Both the position numbers and the translations under genes were made by a program. The notes beneath the pieces were generated by a model that was given only the letters and a program-made list of their open reading frames with translations, had not been told where the DNA came from and ran no database searches. Below are positions 1 to 9,612 of a stretch of DNA of 64,000 nt, one piece after another (the stretch's first letter is position 1; the number at the start of each line of letters is the position of its first letter). Source of the stretch: Clostridia bacterium (GTDB lineage Bacteria; Bacillota; Clostridia; Oscillospirales; CAG-272); NCBI GenBank assembly GCA_017520505.1, contig JAFXFN010000014.1, positions 1,115 to 65,114 of the forward strand. Direction: 5' to 3'.

Positions 1-310
1 CGTTATATTTGCCGTAAAGCTGCTCGGCTGCATACAATCGTTGCTTTAATGGTGACTTCGGCGTGCAAGTCGCGGATTTCAGAATTTCAACGAGGCATTC
101 CAAGCGTGCGACTTTGTTTTCGAGCAAATGAAAATTGCGGACATTGACCTCCTTGTGTTTGCCCGCTTCCAGTTCGTCACGGTAAGCACGCACCCAGCCA
201 TAAAATGTACTTTTGGGTATACCGGTGTCTACAAGGATACTCGTAGAAGGCTCACCGGATATAACACGGTCAATAACCGCTTGTTTTTCTTCTTGGGTGT
301 AAGTTCTCAT
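1..310 (-). mobile_element. 5' part of an IS3-family-like transposase gene (HTH plus leucine-zipper N-terminus); it runs off the window edge
   Basis: Minus-strand translation from the ATG at 310 (AGGAG 8 nt upstream) reads MRTYTQEEKQAVIDRVISGEPSTSILVDTGIPKSTFYGWVRAYRDE...NFHLLENKVARLECLVEILK. The frame stays open to position 1. It is absent from the ORF track because it is truncated by the window. Confidence 0.6.
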
Positions 311-472
311 ATTTTCAACTCCTATATTGAATGCATTGAAACAATTTTACGACATTTTCTGTAGGAATTGAAAGAGATAATAAAATGTGATATAATAAAT
401 AATATTAATTATAGTTTAATAAGCGAATTTTTGAAAAGTGATTAACTACAAATGGTAGAAAGGCGAAGAATT

Positions 473-1954
473 ATGCGCAAACAAATAGCTCTCTGTATTG
501 GAAATGATAATTATCAGTATGCCTGTTTAAGCAAACTTGACTGTGCAACAAATGATTGTAGAGAAATTTCAAATAAATTAAAAAATCTAAATTTTGATGT
601 ATTGTGTTATGAGAATTTAGATCGAATTGCAATGCATACAGCAATTGACGAATTTGAAGCTCGTTTGCCAGATTATGATGTTGCCTTATTTTATTATGCA
701 GGACATGGATTCGAATGTAATGGCCATAATCTATTAATGCCAGTTGACACAAATGGAATTGATGCCGGATATCGTGAATGGATGGCGCTGGATTTGGATT
801 ACCTCATCAGTGCGCTTGAAGGAAAAAACTATGAGAACAGCTTGAAAACAAAAATAATAATTTTGGATGCATGTAGACAAGATGGCGCTGGCAGAGGAGG
901 GCCAACTCATGGGTTTGCCCCAGTATTTGCACCAGAAGGGACAATTATTGCATTTTCTACGTCTCCAGGGCAAAAAGCTGTTGAATTTGAGGGACATGGA
1001 GCTTATACAGCTGCATTGCTTCAATCAATAGATTTACCACGAATCCCCATAGAAAATATGTTTAAACATGTAAGAGAAGTATTGTCTGCACAAACAAGCG
1101 GCAGACAAATCTCTTGGGAACATACGTCATTAATGGGCAACTATTGTTTTAACGAAGACTCAATAGATGCGTTTGCGTTTTATTCATCCGAAGCATTAGC
1201 GGACAAAAACTATTACTTTAGGACTGACAATCCTCTATACGAAATTATTGAAACGTTGAAGTCACATGATTGGTATCAGCAAAATCCTGCGATAACCAAA
1301 TTGTCTTCAGTGCCTTTTGAATCTGTCAGCGCAAATGATTTATTTATATTGGGAAGAAACATTTTTCAAGCTGCAGATGGCGGTGCATGGAGCGCACAAA
1401 GCTATATTAAAGATTTCATAAGCAATTCCTTAAATATTGATATCAAGAAACATATTTTAAGTGGTATAGCTTTTGAAATGTACTTTGATCGAAACGGTTT
1501 GCTACGACAAACATTCAAAGATGCCAATTATATTGAAATATTACGTTTGCTAGAGAACGAAGATTTTCAAATGTGTAAGAATTTTATTGTTGCGAAACTT
1601 TCGGAAGAATCTAATCGCATAATATATATTCCTGGATCTGAAAACAAAATTGAATTGCACCTGAATTGCACAGAAATTGAGGTTCATGATAACGGTGATA
1701 TCTTGTATAGTGTTGTGGCTATATATAATCAAGGTGCAAATATTATTTTTAGCGCAGATGGTCTTTCATTGATTGATCAAGAATGGTATGCTAATGCAGT
1801 TCCTTTTGCTTCTTTGCGTGTTGAACTAGCAAAAAAACTATTAGCACCTCCTGATATGGTTATAATAACCTCTAACATTGAAGACAAAGGTAATCATTAT
1901 TTTTCCATGCCATTTAATTACAGTTTCCGTCGTGGGATGCTCATTGATACTTAA
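473..1954 (+). CDS. Caspase-fold (peptidase C14) protease with an uncharacterised C-terminal region of about 290 aa
   Basis: The N-terminal 200 aa show IALCIGNDNY, then YYAGHGF (His codon 704-706) and IIILDACRQ (Cys codon 872-874), the canonical caspase His/Cys dyad. I prefer the start at ATG 473 (MRKQIAL) over 452. I recognise no motif in the C-terminal half. Confidence 0.8.
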   Translation: MRKQIALCIGNDNYQYACLSKLDCATNDCREISNKLKNLNFDVLCYENLDRIAMHTAIDEFEARLPDYDVALFYYAGHGFECNGHNLLMPVDTNGIDAGYREWMALDLDYLISALEGKNYENSLKTKIIILDACRQDGAGRGGPTHGFAPVFAPEGTIIAFSTSPGQKAVEFEGHGAYTAALLQSIDLPRIPIENMFKHVREVLSAQTSGRQISWEHTSLMGNYCFNEDSIDAFAFYSSEALADKNYYFRTDNPLYEIIETLKSHDWYQQNPAITKLSSVPFESVSANDLFILGRNIFQAADGGAWSAQSYIKDFISNSLNIDIKKHILSGIAFEMYFDRNGLLRQTFKDANYIEILRLLENEDFQMCKNFIVAKLSEESNRIIYIPGSENKIELHLNCTEIEVHDNGDILYSVVAIYNQGANIIFSADGLSLIDQEWYANAVPFASLRVELAKKLLAPPDMVIITSNIEDKGNHYFSMPFNYSFRRGMLIDT

Positions 1955-2098
1955 ACTTTAGTAAAACGTAGAAACACTTGCAAATATGTGTAAAACATGA
2001 TAGGAGTTTGCAACTGTGAGAGTTCGAATTCATACGCAAAAACGGCAAAAATATCTTTTTCGTAGCCCATAGACAAATGCGGCATCTGCAACGAAAAG

Positions 2099-2132
2099 AA
2101 GCCGCAGAATATAGGAGTCTTGCGGCTTTTTC
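2099..2132 (+). terminator. Rho-independent terminator-like hairpin downstream of the caspase gene
   Basis: aagccgca-N14-tgcggctt followed by tttt. It lies inside the N-terminal extension of track ORF 2077, which supports the later start at 2158. Confidence 0.5.
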
Positions 2133-2157
2133 ATACTACCGAAAGGAGGATTTTCTG

Positions 2158-3120
2158 ATGAATAAAATGAAATGGTATCAAAAACTATTGATTGGTTTAT
2201 TGGTTGTTCTATTATCTCCGTTGATTCTTATATGTCTGATCTCTGCGGGAATTTGTGCTCTTGTTCAAATACCGAAAAACAAAAAAGAATATAAAAAATC
2301 CCGGTATTATTTGGATTTTAAGCAAAAATTTATTATGGACTCGCTGTATTCACCCGAGTACCGTTTTTACAATTCTGCCATTCAACGTAATCTTCCGATG
2401 CAATATATCAAGCAAGAATCAAACGGATTTGAATATTTTATTTTTAACGACACCTTATATCTTTTCCCCGATTTCGAACAAATTGATTTTGATGCAGAAA
2501 AAGGAGAATGGCAAGTTGATCGCGACGGCGATTGGAGTGGATTTGAAGAAGCTCACAAGAATCTGATTGCAAAGCTCGATAAAGAACCGGACCTTCCCGT
2601 AAAACTTCTGATTGAAAGACAAATGTTCCCCTTGGCAAACTTAAACGATGTAAATATTCCCGAGGTGATCTATATTACGTGGGGATATGACGAAGCATTT
2701 GAAAATGAAGAATCGCCGCTAAAAATGCTCATTCCTCAAAACTCAAAAGACCTTTATGAAATGATGTTACAAACACCGGACCTCTGCGGTACATTTGAGC
2801 TTTTATCGGACGACGGCAATATTGTTTGGAACTTATATGATGATATCCGTATTGAACTTGGCGTTGATCCGCCTGACTGTTATGTGGGTGTTTCCAAGAT
2901 GCTTTTCGGCAAAGTCGAAAGCGGGTTAACTCATTGGCATCCCACTGCATTTGAAATTTACAACGAAGTTTGTAAAATCGGTAAACGAGGAAACGTAATG
3001 ATCCTACGCACATTCGCAAGTGGCGGAGGCGTTCTATACATCGGCAATAAAGAAGATTGCCCCTATCAAAAAAGCAAACGATATTTGTTTGGTAAACTCT
3101 ATTACTTAGAAGCAAAATGA
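2158..3120 (+). CDS. Hypothetical membrane-anchored protein
   Basis: AAGGAGG sits 8 nt upstream of ATG 2158. There is an N-terminal TM helix (LLIGLLVVLLSPLILICLISAGICALV). I see no recognisable domain. Confidence 0.6.
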   Translation: MNKMKWYQKLLIGLLVVLLSPLILICLISAGICALVQIPKNKKEYKKSRYYLDFKQKFIMDSLYSPEYRFYNSAIQRNLPMQYIKQESNGFEYFIFNDTLYLFPDFEQIDFDAEKGEWQVDRDGDWSGFEEAHKNLIAKLDKEPDLPVKLLIERQMFPLANLNDVNIPEVIYITWGYDEAFENEESPLKMLIPQNSKDLYEMMLQTPDLCGTFELLSDDGNIVWNLYDDIRIELGVDPPDCYVGVSKMLFGKVESGLTHWHPTAFEIYNEVCKIGKRGNVMILRTFASGGGVLYIGNKEDCPYQKSKRYLFGKLYYLEAK

Positions 3121-3138
3121 TTGTACGGAGGTGTTGAT

Positions 3139-3615
3139 ATGCCGAAAGAATATATATTTGAGTTTCCGGGAACAAAGGAAGAATTTTTGAACAACTTGAA
3201 TCGATTCGAACATAATGAATCATATTCCGGAAACAAATTTTATTATTTCGACGATTACATCGTAAAATTGGTTGGCGACGAAATACACTTCGGTGTAGCA
3301 AGAGGCGGCCACTCCGGAGGATATTGGTTTATTCCAACAATCACGAGCTTTGATAATAGGATCGAATTTCGCGGATCTATTCGATATATCGGTCCTGATG
3401 GTGAAAAACAAGGCTCATTTAAGAAAGCGATCAACAGCATTGGTGAATTTCTATTTCTTATTTTGATCCTTCCAATCGTCGTAGTGATTCGGGTGTATAT
3501 GTTTTTGGAATGGTTGGTAAGAAAAATGTTAAATCGCCCAAAACCCAAAGGAAGGACTGATGAAGATCGATTATTCGACTTAATGGAGAACTATTTTGGA
3601 TGTGTTGGCAAATAA
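3139..3615 (+). CDS. Hypothetical protein with a C-terminal TM helix
   Basis: GGAGG sits 7 nt upstream of ATG 3139. The TM segment is FLFLILILPIVVVIRVYMFLEWLV. No recognisable domain. Confidence 0.55.
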   Translation: MPKEYIFEFPGTKEEFLNNLNRFEHNESYSGNKFYYFDDYIVKLVGDEIHFGVARGGHSGGYWFIPTITSFDNRIEFRGSIRYIGPDGEKQGSFKKAINSIGEFLFLILILPIVVVIRVYMFLEWLVRKMLNRPKPKGRTDEDRLFDLMENYFGCVGK

Positions 3616-3677
3616 ACTCTGAAATTCACAAGCATAAACTTATAAACAAATCTCAATTAACAAAATACAACACAACA

Positions 3678-3701
3678 AGGGCTGACCGTGCGGTCAGCCC
3701 T
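3678..3701. terminator. Bidirectional GC-rich hairpin
   Basis: agggctgaccg-tgc-ggtcagccct, with a T-rich tract on the minus-strand side. It lies between convergent coding remnants. Confidence 0.5.
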
Positions 3702-3715
3702 TTACTTATGCCTTT

Positions 3716-3900
3716 TTACCCAAGTGCTTTACTCATCGCGGCGCCGGTGTCTGCTTTTGTTACAGCATCGAGGTGGCTGTAGATATTCGCCGTGGTGCTC
3801 ATATCGCTATGTCCGAGCCATTCCTAAATCTGCTTCATGGGCACACCTTGGGCAGAAGCACCGAGGCGCAGGAGTGGCAAAAACGTGGAGGAGGATCTTT
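3716..3900 (-). pseudogene. C-terminal stump of a tyrosine recombinase/integrase
   Basis: The minus-strand reading gives RF.HSCASVLL..GVPMKQI*EWLGHSDMSTTANIYSHLD...AAMSKALG*. This matches the conserved R-H-x-x-H...LGH...Y catalytic C-terminus. It is broken by an in-frame TAG, one frameshift and loss of everything upstream. Confidence 0.65.
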
Positions 3901-4143
3901 TTATGTTATGGAAAATTGCTTCAGCCGACTGAAGGTGAAAATCTTCTATGATGAAAAAAAGATGAATTGAAAAATATATTTATTACTGTAACAATGAACG
4001 TATTTCATCAAAACTAAAAGAAATGAGCTCGGTTAATGCCGAGCTCATTCACTATCATTTAATATTTAATTTTGCCTAAACTTTGGAGTTTACTTCACGT
4101 CTGTTTCATATTTTCAATTTGAAAATATTTTTCAGATGTTTAA

Positions 4144-5225
4144 TCAGAATGCCAGGTCAGCATAAGCGAAAGGATGGTCCGTTAAAGCGCTGTGATTGTT
4201 GGCATCTTTAATTAACTCGAAGCACTTAATGCTGTAATTTCCTGTGCCGAACAGATGGTCAAAGTGATTGGACGTAGGTACACTTGATAAAGCTGTACCG
4301 TTGTTTTTGCCTGTTCGCTGATAACATTAAATGATGTAGGAGTCCACGTTGACTGCGTGAAGAACGGCAAGGATGTGTTAAAGTCACCTGTCAAAAAGAT
4401 AGGAGAATCGGAGTATGTTTTTTTCAACGATGCCATAAAATCCTTGGTTTCGTTCATACACTGGGTGCGCAATTCGTTTGCAACGATAGGCTTGGAAGAA
4501 CCTGTTAAATAGGTATTTCCTTCAGCGTGCTCCAAACGATACGACCAATGTGTATTGGCAACGATAAACTTCTTACTTGTATTGTTCAAAAATGCAAAAT
4601 GTGCCCGGCTTATGTTGCGCATGTGGTAGTTGTAATTAGCTGCTTTGTCTTTCCACCAGCTGAACACCTTTATGCCGCTGTTCACTACCTTAAGCTTATC
4701 GGAACGGTACAAAAGTGATGTCAGATTGATCTTACCTTCGTATGTAGCCAGACATCTTGAATATTTTACACCATACACTTTTTCGATGCGTGTAAGATAA
4801 TTACCAAGTACCTTATATTTGCCTGCAGTTGTAGGTGTTACGCTTTTACCGTTTACCTTGAAAGTTTTATAGCTGTAACCGCTGTTTGGAGCAATAGTGA
4901 AAACAACTTTGTCGCCTATACGGCATGAGGTTTTGTCTGCAGTAACCTTACCATTGGTCATATTTGCAATTTTTACGCTTACAACTGCACGTGCATAAGT
5001 TGCCACATACGGCACTTCAACCGTATAATTGCTGCTCTTGGGATTGCCGTACTGTTTAAAACCAACTGAAACAACCTTGTTGTCAGCTGTGACACCGTCC
5101 ATGGTATACGTATCCAAAACCTTGCCGTCAAGAGTGACGGTGATTACGTTGGCAGACGTGCGCTCCAATTTAAATTCAGCACCGCTGCCCTGAAGCTTTG
5201 ACGTTACACAGGGCGCTTTTTGCAA
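4144..5225 (-). pseudogene. Endonuclease/exonuclease/phosphatase (EEP) family gene, frameshifted and probably 5'-truncated
   Basis: The track ORF 4212-5225 contains FIVANTHW...IFLTGDFN. The true family C-terminus, DHLFGTGNYSIKCFELIKDANNHSALTDHPFAYADLAF*, is in another frame and ends at 4144. The two frames can be joined at the T5 run at 4304-4308. The upstream part is Ig-like repeats with only a TTG start. Confidence 0.6.
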
Positions 5226-5472
5226 AAGTTTTAACCACAGTACCTTTATTCAAACTATTTATCAAATACCCCACGATGATCGGTGAGATATCGAAAATGT
5301 ATTTTAAAGGTTAAGCTTCGTGAAAACTACGGTAAGCTGTGTTTTGATACGACCGTGTTGAAAGCAAGAAAAAACTGGAGTGGAGAGATTTTTGCGTGCA
5401 AACGCTCGACTATTGACAAGAAAGAATATTTTAGTTATAATGTGAACACATAAAATGATTGGAGAAAATGAT

Positions 5473-6618
5473 ATGAGCGGATATGATCCCAATGAATGGA
5501 CAAGAGAATTTGTAGTCGAAAATAAGGATTTTTGCATAAGGATGCTCAAAAATACAAACGAGCAGGTAATAAACTGTATAAAGCAGGGTGAGCATAAAGC
5601 GGCTATTACAGGGCTTGACAGAATTTTGAACGGCTTGGTCACGATGATAAACGCAGGTTATGATTACCGTTCGCACGTTTGCTTTTTTTCGTGGATAGAA
5701 GCAAATATAATGCTGTTCGGAAATCTTGCTGATGCTCCGGAGGAAAACAGGCTCAAAACGGCAAAAGCTACTTTGCTTGATGCAAGAGATTTCGCTAAAT
5801 CCGAAACGGCGAAAAACAGTATCAGCACAATTATCGATGACATAAACAAGGGTTACAGTCTTGCTTTGCTTGCCAATAAATACGGCGGAGATTTTCCTGA
5901 TTTTGAAACAGAAACTCTTGCTGACCTTAATAATAAATTAGATGCACCCGTCGCAGCTGTAAATACATCTTCCACTGTGGGCGGCGGAAGCAAGAAGAAA
6001 AAGCCCTACTGGTTAATTGCTGTGATAATTATTATTGCATTGGTAGTTGCAGTTCGATTATTTACAAAAGAAACAAAGGTAAAATCACCGGCTCTTGCAG
6101 ACAACACTCCTACAACTGAAGCAGACACCCAAATTTCCGAAACCGAGCTTGTAACAGATGATGAAACAGAAACGCCTGACACGGATGATACCGATAAAAA
6201 TGAAGATGTTTTAAATATAATAACAGGGGATTGGATGTACACAAAAATAACGGAAGGCACACCTACCCCGGACGGTGGGATGTCCCCGGCATATCTGCTC
6301 GAAGTTTATTATTCTTTTGATGATAACGGCAGATTCGGTGTTGGCGATGCCTTATATGAGGAAGCGGATGAACAAAGCCAATCAAATGCAGAAAAGAAAG
6401 ACGGCCGTTATTGGATATGCACAGGCGGCGGCGGTCAGCAGGGAAGCTACACTGTAAACGGAAACACCATAACCCTTGTTACGGATGAGAGTATTCAGTA
6501 TGGAGCTTCGACAACATCGCACCTGACATTCACGCTTGACAAGGATACTCTTATTTTAAAGAAAAATTCAGAAACTACAGTATACAAACGAACTAACGGT
6601 GCCGCTAATGAATATTAA
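5473..6618 (+). CDS. Hypothetical single-pass membrane protein
   Basis: GGAGAA RBS before ATG 5473. There is a central TM helix (PYWLIAVIIIIALVVAVRLF) followed by an acidic T/D/E-rich linker and a beta-rich C-terminal domain. Confidence 0.6.
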   Translation: MSGYDPNEWTREFVVENKDFCIRMLKNTNEQVINCIKQGEHKAAITGLDRILNGLVTMINAGYDYRSHVCFFSWIEANIMLFGNLADAPEENRLKTAKATLLDARDFAKSETAKNSISTIIDDINKGYSLALLANKYGGDFPDFETETLADLNNKLDAPVAAVNTSSTVGGGSKKKKPYWLIAVIIIIALVVAVRLFTKETKVKSPALADNTPTTEADTQISETELVTDDETETPDTDDTDKNEDVLNIITGDWMYTKITEGTPTPDGGMSPAYLLEVYYSFDDNGRFGVGDALYEEADEQSQSNAEKKDGRYWICTGGGGQQGSYTVNGNTITLVTDESIQYGASTTSHLTFTLDKDTLILKKNSETTVYKRTNGAANEY

Positions 6619-6736
6619 AGCCTTTTTGCTTTTTTGAATCAGTTAATCTCCGCGTTTGAAAATCGTGTGCGGCTTGTTTTAGCAAAGCATTGGATTTTCG
6701 AAACTTATTAAATAAAATTAAATTACATAAGAGAAA

Positions 6737-7255
6737 ATGAATATATCAATCAGAAAATGTACTATCCAAGATCTTGATATACTGCTTGAGTATGCGGTGG
6801 AAACATTTTACCAAACATTTGCACATTTGAATACTGCTGAAGATATGGAAAAATATATTGAAGCTGCCTTTAATGAGGATAAGCTTCGGTGTGAGCTTGA
6901 AAATCCTTACAGTTCGTTTTTCTTTTTATTTGCGGATGGGTGCTTGGCAGGATATATGAAGCTGAACGAAGCTCCATCGCAAACCGATATCAATGACAGC
7001 GAATCATTGGAAATCGAACGTATTTATATATCAAGAGATTTCCAAAGCAGAGGACTTGGCAGATATTTGATGCAGCAGGCGGTCTTTGTTGCATCAGAGC
7101 GTGGAAAAAAATATGTTTGGCTCGGTGTTTGGGAGAAAAACGAAAAGGCGATCTGCTTTTATAAAAAGAACGGATTTTCTATAGTCGGCACTCATTCCTT
7201 CTTTCTGGGAGAGGATGAGCAGACTGACTATATTATGCGTTGGAATTTAAAATAG
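6737..7255 (+). CDS. GNAT family N-acetyltransferase
   Basis: 172 aa with the acetyl-CoA motif FQSRGLGRYLMQQAV and a C-terminal FYKKNGF. Confidence 0.8.
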   Translation: MNISIRKCTIQDLDILLEYAVETFYQTFAHLNTAEDMEKYIEAAFNEDKLRCELENPYSSFFFLFADGCLAGYMKLNEAPSQTDINDSESLEIERIYISRDFQSRGLGRYLMQQAVFVASERGKKYVWLGVWEKNEKAICFYKKNGFSIVGTHSFFLGEDEQTDYIMRWNLK

Positions 7256-7551
7256 TCAAGCTCTGATATCTCGAAGAAAATGCAGGCTGGGATGCTGAAG
7301 GAGCAACGTTGACTTTATATGTTGTGCAGCACGAAAACGGTTCTGTCGGAGAACTTACGAAAAAGATGCTGGGGCGTGAAATGTTATTGCGCTTACATTC
7401 TTTTGATAAGCTCGGTGCTATGAAAGACAGAGATTTTAAACCTGTATTTGCTATGTGGTCGAATTGTCGGAGAATATGCGTTTCAGTCTGTCACGGGAAT
7501 CAAATTCGTTTTAATTATAGTATATGATATAAATCGTAATGGAGATGAGCA

Positions 7552-8145
7552 ATGAAAATATACGATATTTCCCAAGAAGTTTTTGGATGCAAAGTATATC
7601 CAGGTGATCCCGCACCTGAAAAAAAGACACTGAGTTCAATGAAAAAAGGTGAAATGTACAATCTGACGTCATTCAGTATGTGCGTACATAACGGTACGCA
7701 TATAGATGCGCCGTTTCATTTTATCAAAGACGGAAAAACCGTGGATGCCGTATCTTTAGAAGCATTTGTCGGTATGGCTTACGTTGCAGAGCATAACGGC
7801 AAGGTGCTTTATGACGATGCCGTGAAAATAATCGATATGGCAAAAAAACAGGGCGGGGAAGCAGCAAAGAGAATTCTTGTAAAGGGAAATGCGGAAGTTT
7901 CCGAAGAAGCTGCCGAAGTGTTTGCAAAATCTGATATTCTGCTTTTCGGAAATGAATCACAGACTGTAGGGCCTGAAAATGCGCCGATGAAAGTCCATCA
8001 AATATTTCTCGGCGCTGACGTTGTCCTCCTTGAGGGTATTCGTTTATCCGATGTTCCCGTCGGTGTTTATTTTTTAAATGCCGCACCTCTGAATTTATCG
8101 GGTGCCGACGGTTCTCCGTGCAGAGCCGTACTGATATCCGATTAA
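7552..8145 (+). CDS. Cyclase family protein (kynurenine formamidase-like)
   Basis: It has the HNGTHIDAPFHF motif (HxGTHxDxPxH), is 197 aa long and has a GGAG RBS. Confidence 0.75.
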   Translation: MKIYDISQEVFGCKVYPGDPAPEKKTLSSMKKGEMYNLTSFSMCVHNGTHIDAPFHFIKDGKTVDAVSLEAFVGMAYVAEHNGKVLYDDAVKIIDMAKKQGGEAAKRILVKGNAEVSEEAAEVFAKSDILLFGNESQTVGPENAPMKVHQIFLGADVVLLEGIRLSDVPVGVYFLNAAPLNLSGADGSPCRAVLISD

Positions 8146-8241
8146 ATAGTTAAGATTAAAATGAAATAAAACAATGGGCGGCTTGATATAATCCCCTTAA
8201 AGTAGACACTTGAAAACAAAAAAATTTTCAAGACTGCTTTA

Positions 8242-8760
8242 ATGGGGATTTTTATGCTAAGACGATCGCACAAGAACAAGAAATACAGTACAGAATTAAA
8301 GCTGAATGAAGTTCCGGATTATCCGGGTGGCAGTGGTACTGCGAAAGAGATATACAAAAAATACGTAATTTTGAGCGATAAGCAACTTTGTACAGAATAC
8401 ATAAAGGATTTCTACGAAGAAAGCAACGGAGTTCTCATTTGCAGACATATGTGTATTAACATTAACCGAAAAAGATTGATCAGCTTACGCATAAGGTAAA
8501 CGTTTAGAAAGCACGCCGTCTTATTCATATTTTTGGTCTTAAATACGGTATTCGCAAAAGCGTACAGATTGTGTAAAGTTTACGTCCGAGATTATGTTCA
8601 AAGTAGTTTGGCTGAAATCAGAAGCGTTTTCGAGCTTTTAATAGGTCACTCATTGAAACCAAAAAGGCTACACGATTTTTTGCAGTGTCTGTCATTGGTG
8701 TGTGAAAATATAAATCTTAAAGGAATGAGAATAATTACTGTGCCAATAGTTGATTAATTG
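8242..8760 (+). pseudogene. Degenerate IS3-family transposase remnant
   Basis: KYSTELKLNEV..GTAKEIYKKYVILSDKQL resembles an OrfA HTH. It is fused to FYEESNGVL..ININRKRLISL, which resembles an OrfB N-terminus. The rest is shattered by stops. Confidence 0.5.
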
Positions 8761-8880
8761 TACAAATAATTTGACAACAATTATGTGTGTAAATAATGTT
8801 ATTAATTTTCGTTATTACCACTTTTTTAGAATAAAATCTGCAAATTATATGAATTAACCGTTAATTTATTCATATATATC

Positions 8881-8908
8881 TTGACTTTTTGAGCAAAAAA
8901 GATAAAAT
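8881..8908 (+). promoter_or_regulatory. Candidate sigma-A promoter for the SipW operon
   Basis: TTGACT (8881-8886), a 16-nt spacer, then TAAAAT (8903-8908). Confidence 0.4.
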
Positions 8909-8970
8909 GTATGTGAGAAAGTTTAATATGATAATTGAGTGCCTTTTTTTACATCGCATTCGAAGAAGGA

Positions 8971-9552
8971 ATGTCTTTGAAACCATACGTTAAAATACCT
9001 CTCAAGGTCATTACATATCTTATCGTTGCTCTTGCAGTTATTTTAGCGATGATGATTGCCGGAGTCAGGATCTTCAATATACAGATATATACCGTTCTGT
9101 CGGGTTCAATGGAGCCTGAATATCCTACAGGGTCTTTGATATACGTAAAGCCTGTTGACCCATATACTCTTGAGGAGCAAGATGTTATAACCTTTAGATT
9201 GACCGGTGATACAACGGCTACACACAGAATAATAAAGGTAGTCCGCAATGATACTACGGATGAGCTTATAGGCTTCATAACAAAAGGCGATGCAAACGAG
9301 ATAGCAGACGGCGATAAACCGTTAAGCGTTGATAAAGTCATCGGTGCACCTGTTTTCGTTATTCCGAAAATGGGCTATCTTGCTACATATATTCAATCTC
9401 CACCTGGGTGCTACTATACAATAGCCGTAGGTGTAGCAGCGGCGCTGATGGTCACGGTCATTGATTATTTTACATCTAATGACAATAAGAACAAAAAAAG
9501 AAAAAAAGATACGGAGTCTGATGTGGATTCCGAGTGCAAAAACAGTGATTAG
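8971..9552 (+). CDS. sipW: Signal peptidase I, SipW/ER type (S26B)
   Basis: Motifs LSGSMEPEYPTGSLIYV (catalytic Ser), TATHRII (His) and TKGDAN. There is an N-terminal TM, a second C-terminal TM and a Lys-rich tail. The start is uncertain: ATG 8971 has a poorly spaced RBS and the track gives TTG 8935. Confidence 0.8.
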   Translation: MSLKPYVKIPLKVITYLIVALAVILAMMIAGVRIFNIQIYTVLSGSMEPEYPTGSLIYVKPVDPYTLEEQDVITFRLTGDTTATHRIIKVVRNDTTDELIGFITKGDANEIADGDKPLSVDKVIGAPVFVIPKMGYLATYIQSPPGCYYTIAVGVAAALMVTVIDYFTSNDNKNKKRKKDTESDVDSECKNSD

Positions 9553-9612
9553 TTATAATTTAGTATTTTATACCCTTATATATATGGAATACACCAAGGA
9601 GTAGTAAGTAAT

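Noticed and set aside
1975-2050. A tRNA-like T-loop sequence (gagagttcgaattcata) downstream of the caspase gene, as a possible integration target
   Set aside because: The flanking bases do not form a T-stem, and no acceptor or anticodon arms can be drawn. I judge it a chance GTTCGAA match.
3600-3970. Three overlapping plus-strand ORFs of 60-87 aa
   Set aside because: They overlie the minus-strand integrase remnant and the terminator hairpin. The minus-strand reading gives a recognisable integrase C-terminus, whereas these do not resemble anything.
3960-4140. A possible IS3 transposase C-terminal remnant (…KEMSSVNAELIHY… / …LNFGVYFT)
   Set aside because: The resemblance to IS3 OrfB tails is only impressionistic and rests on fewer than 15 residues. 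The region also contains a simple hairpin (4022-4050). The evidence is insufficient.
7309-7527. 72-aa ORF between the GNAT and cyclase genes
   Set aside because: It has a TTG start without an RBS, no recognisable motif and a Cys/Arg-rich tail. It may be a gene fragment, but I cannot support it as a CDS.
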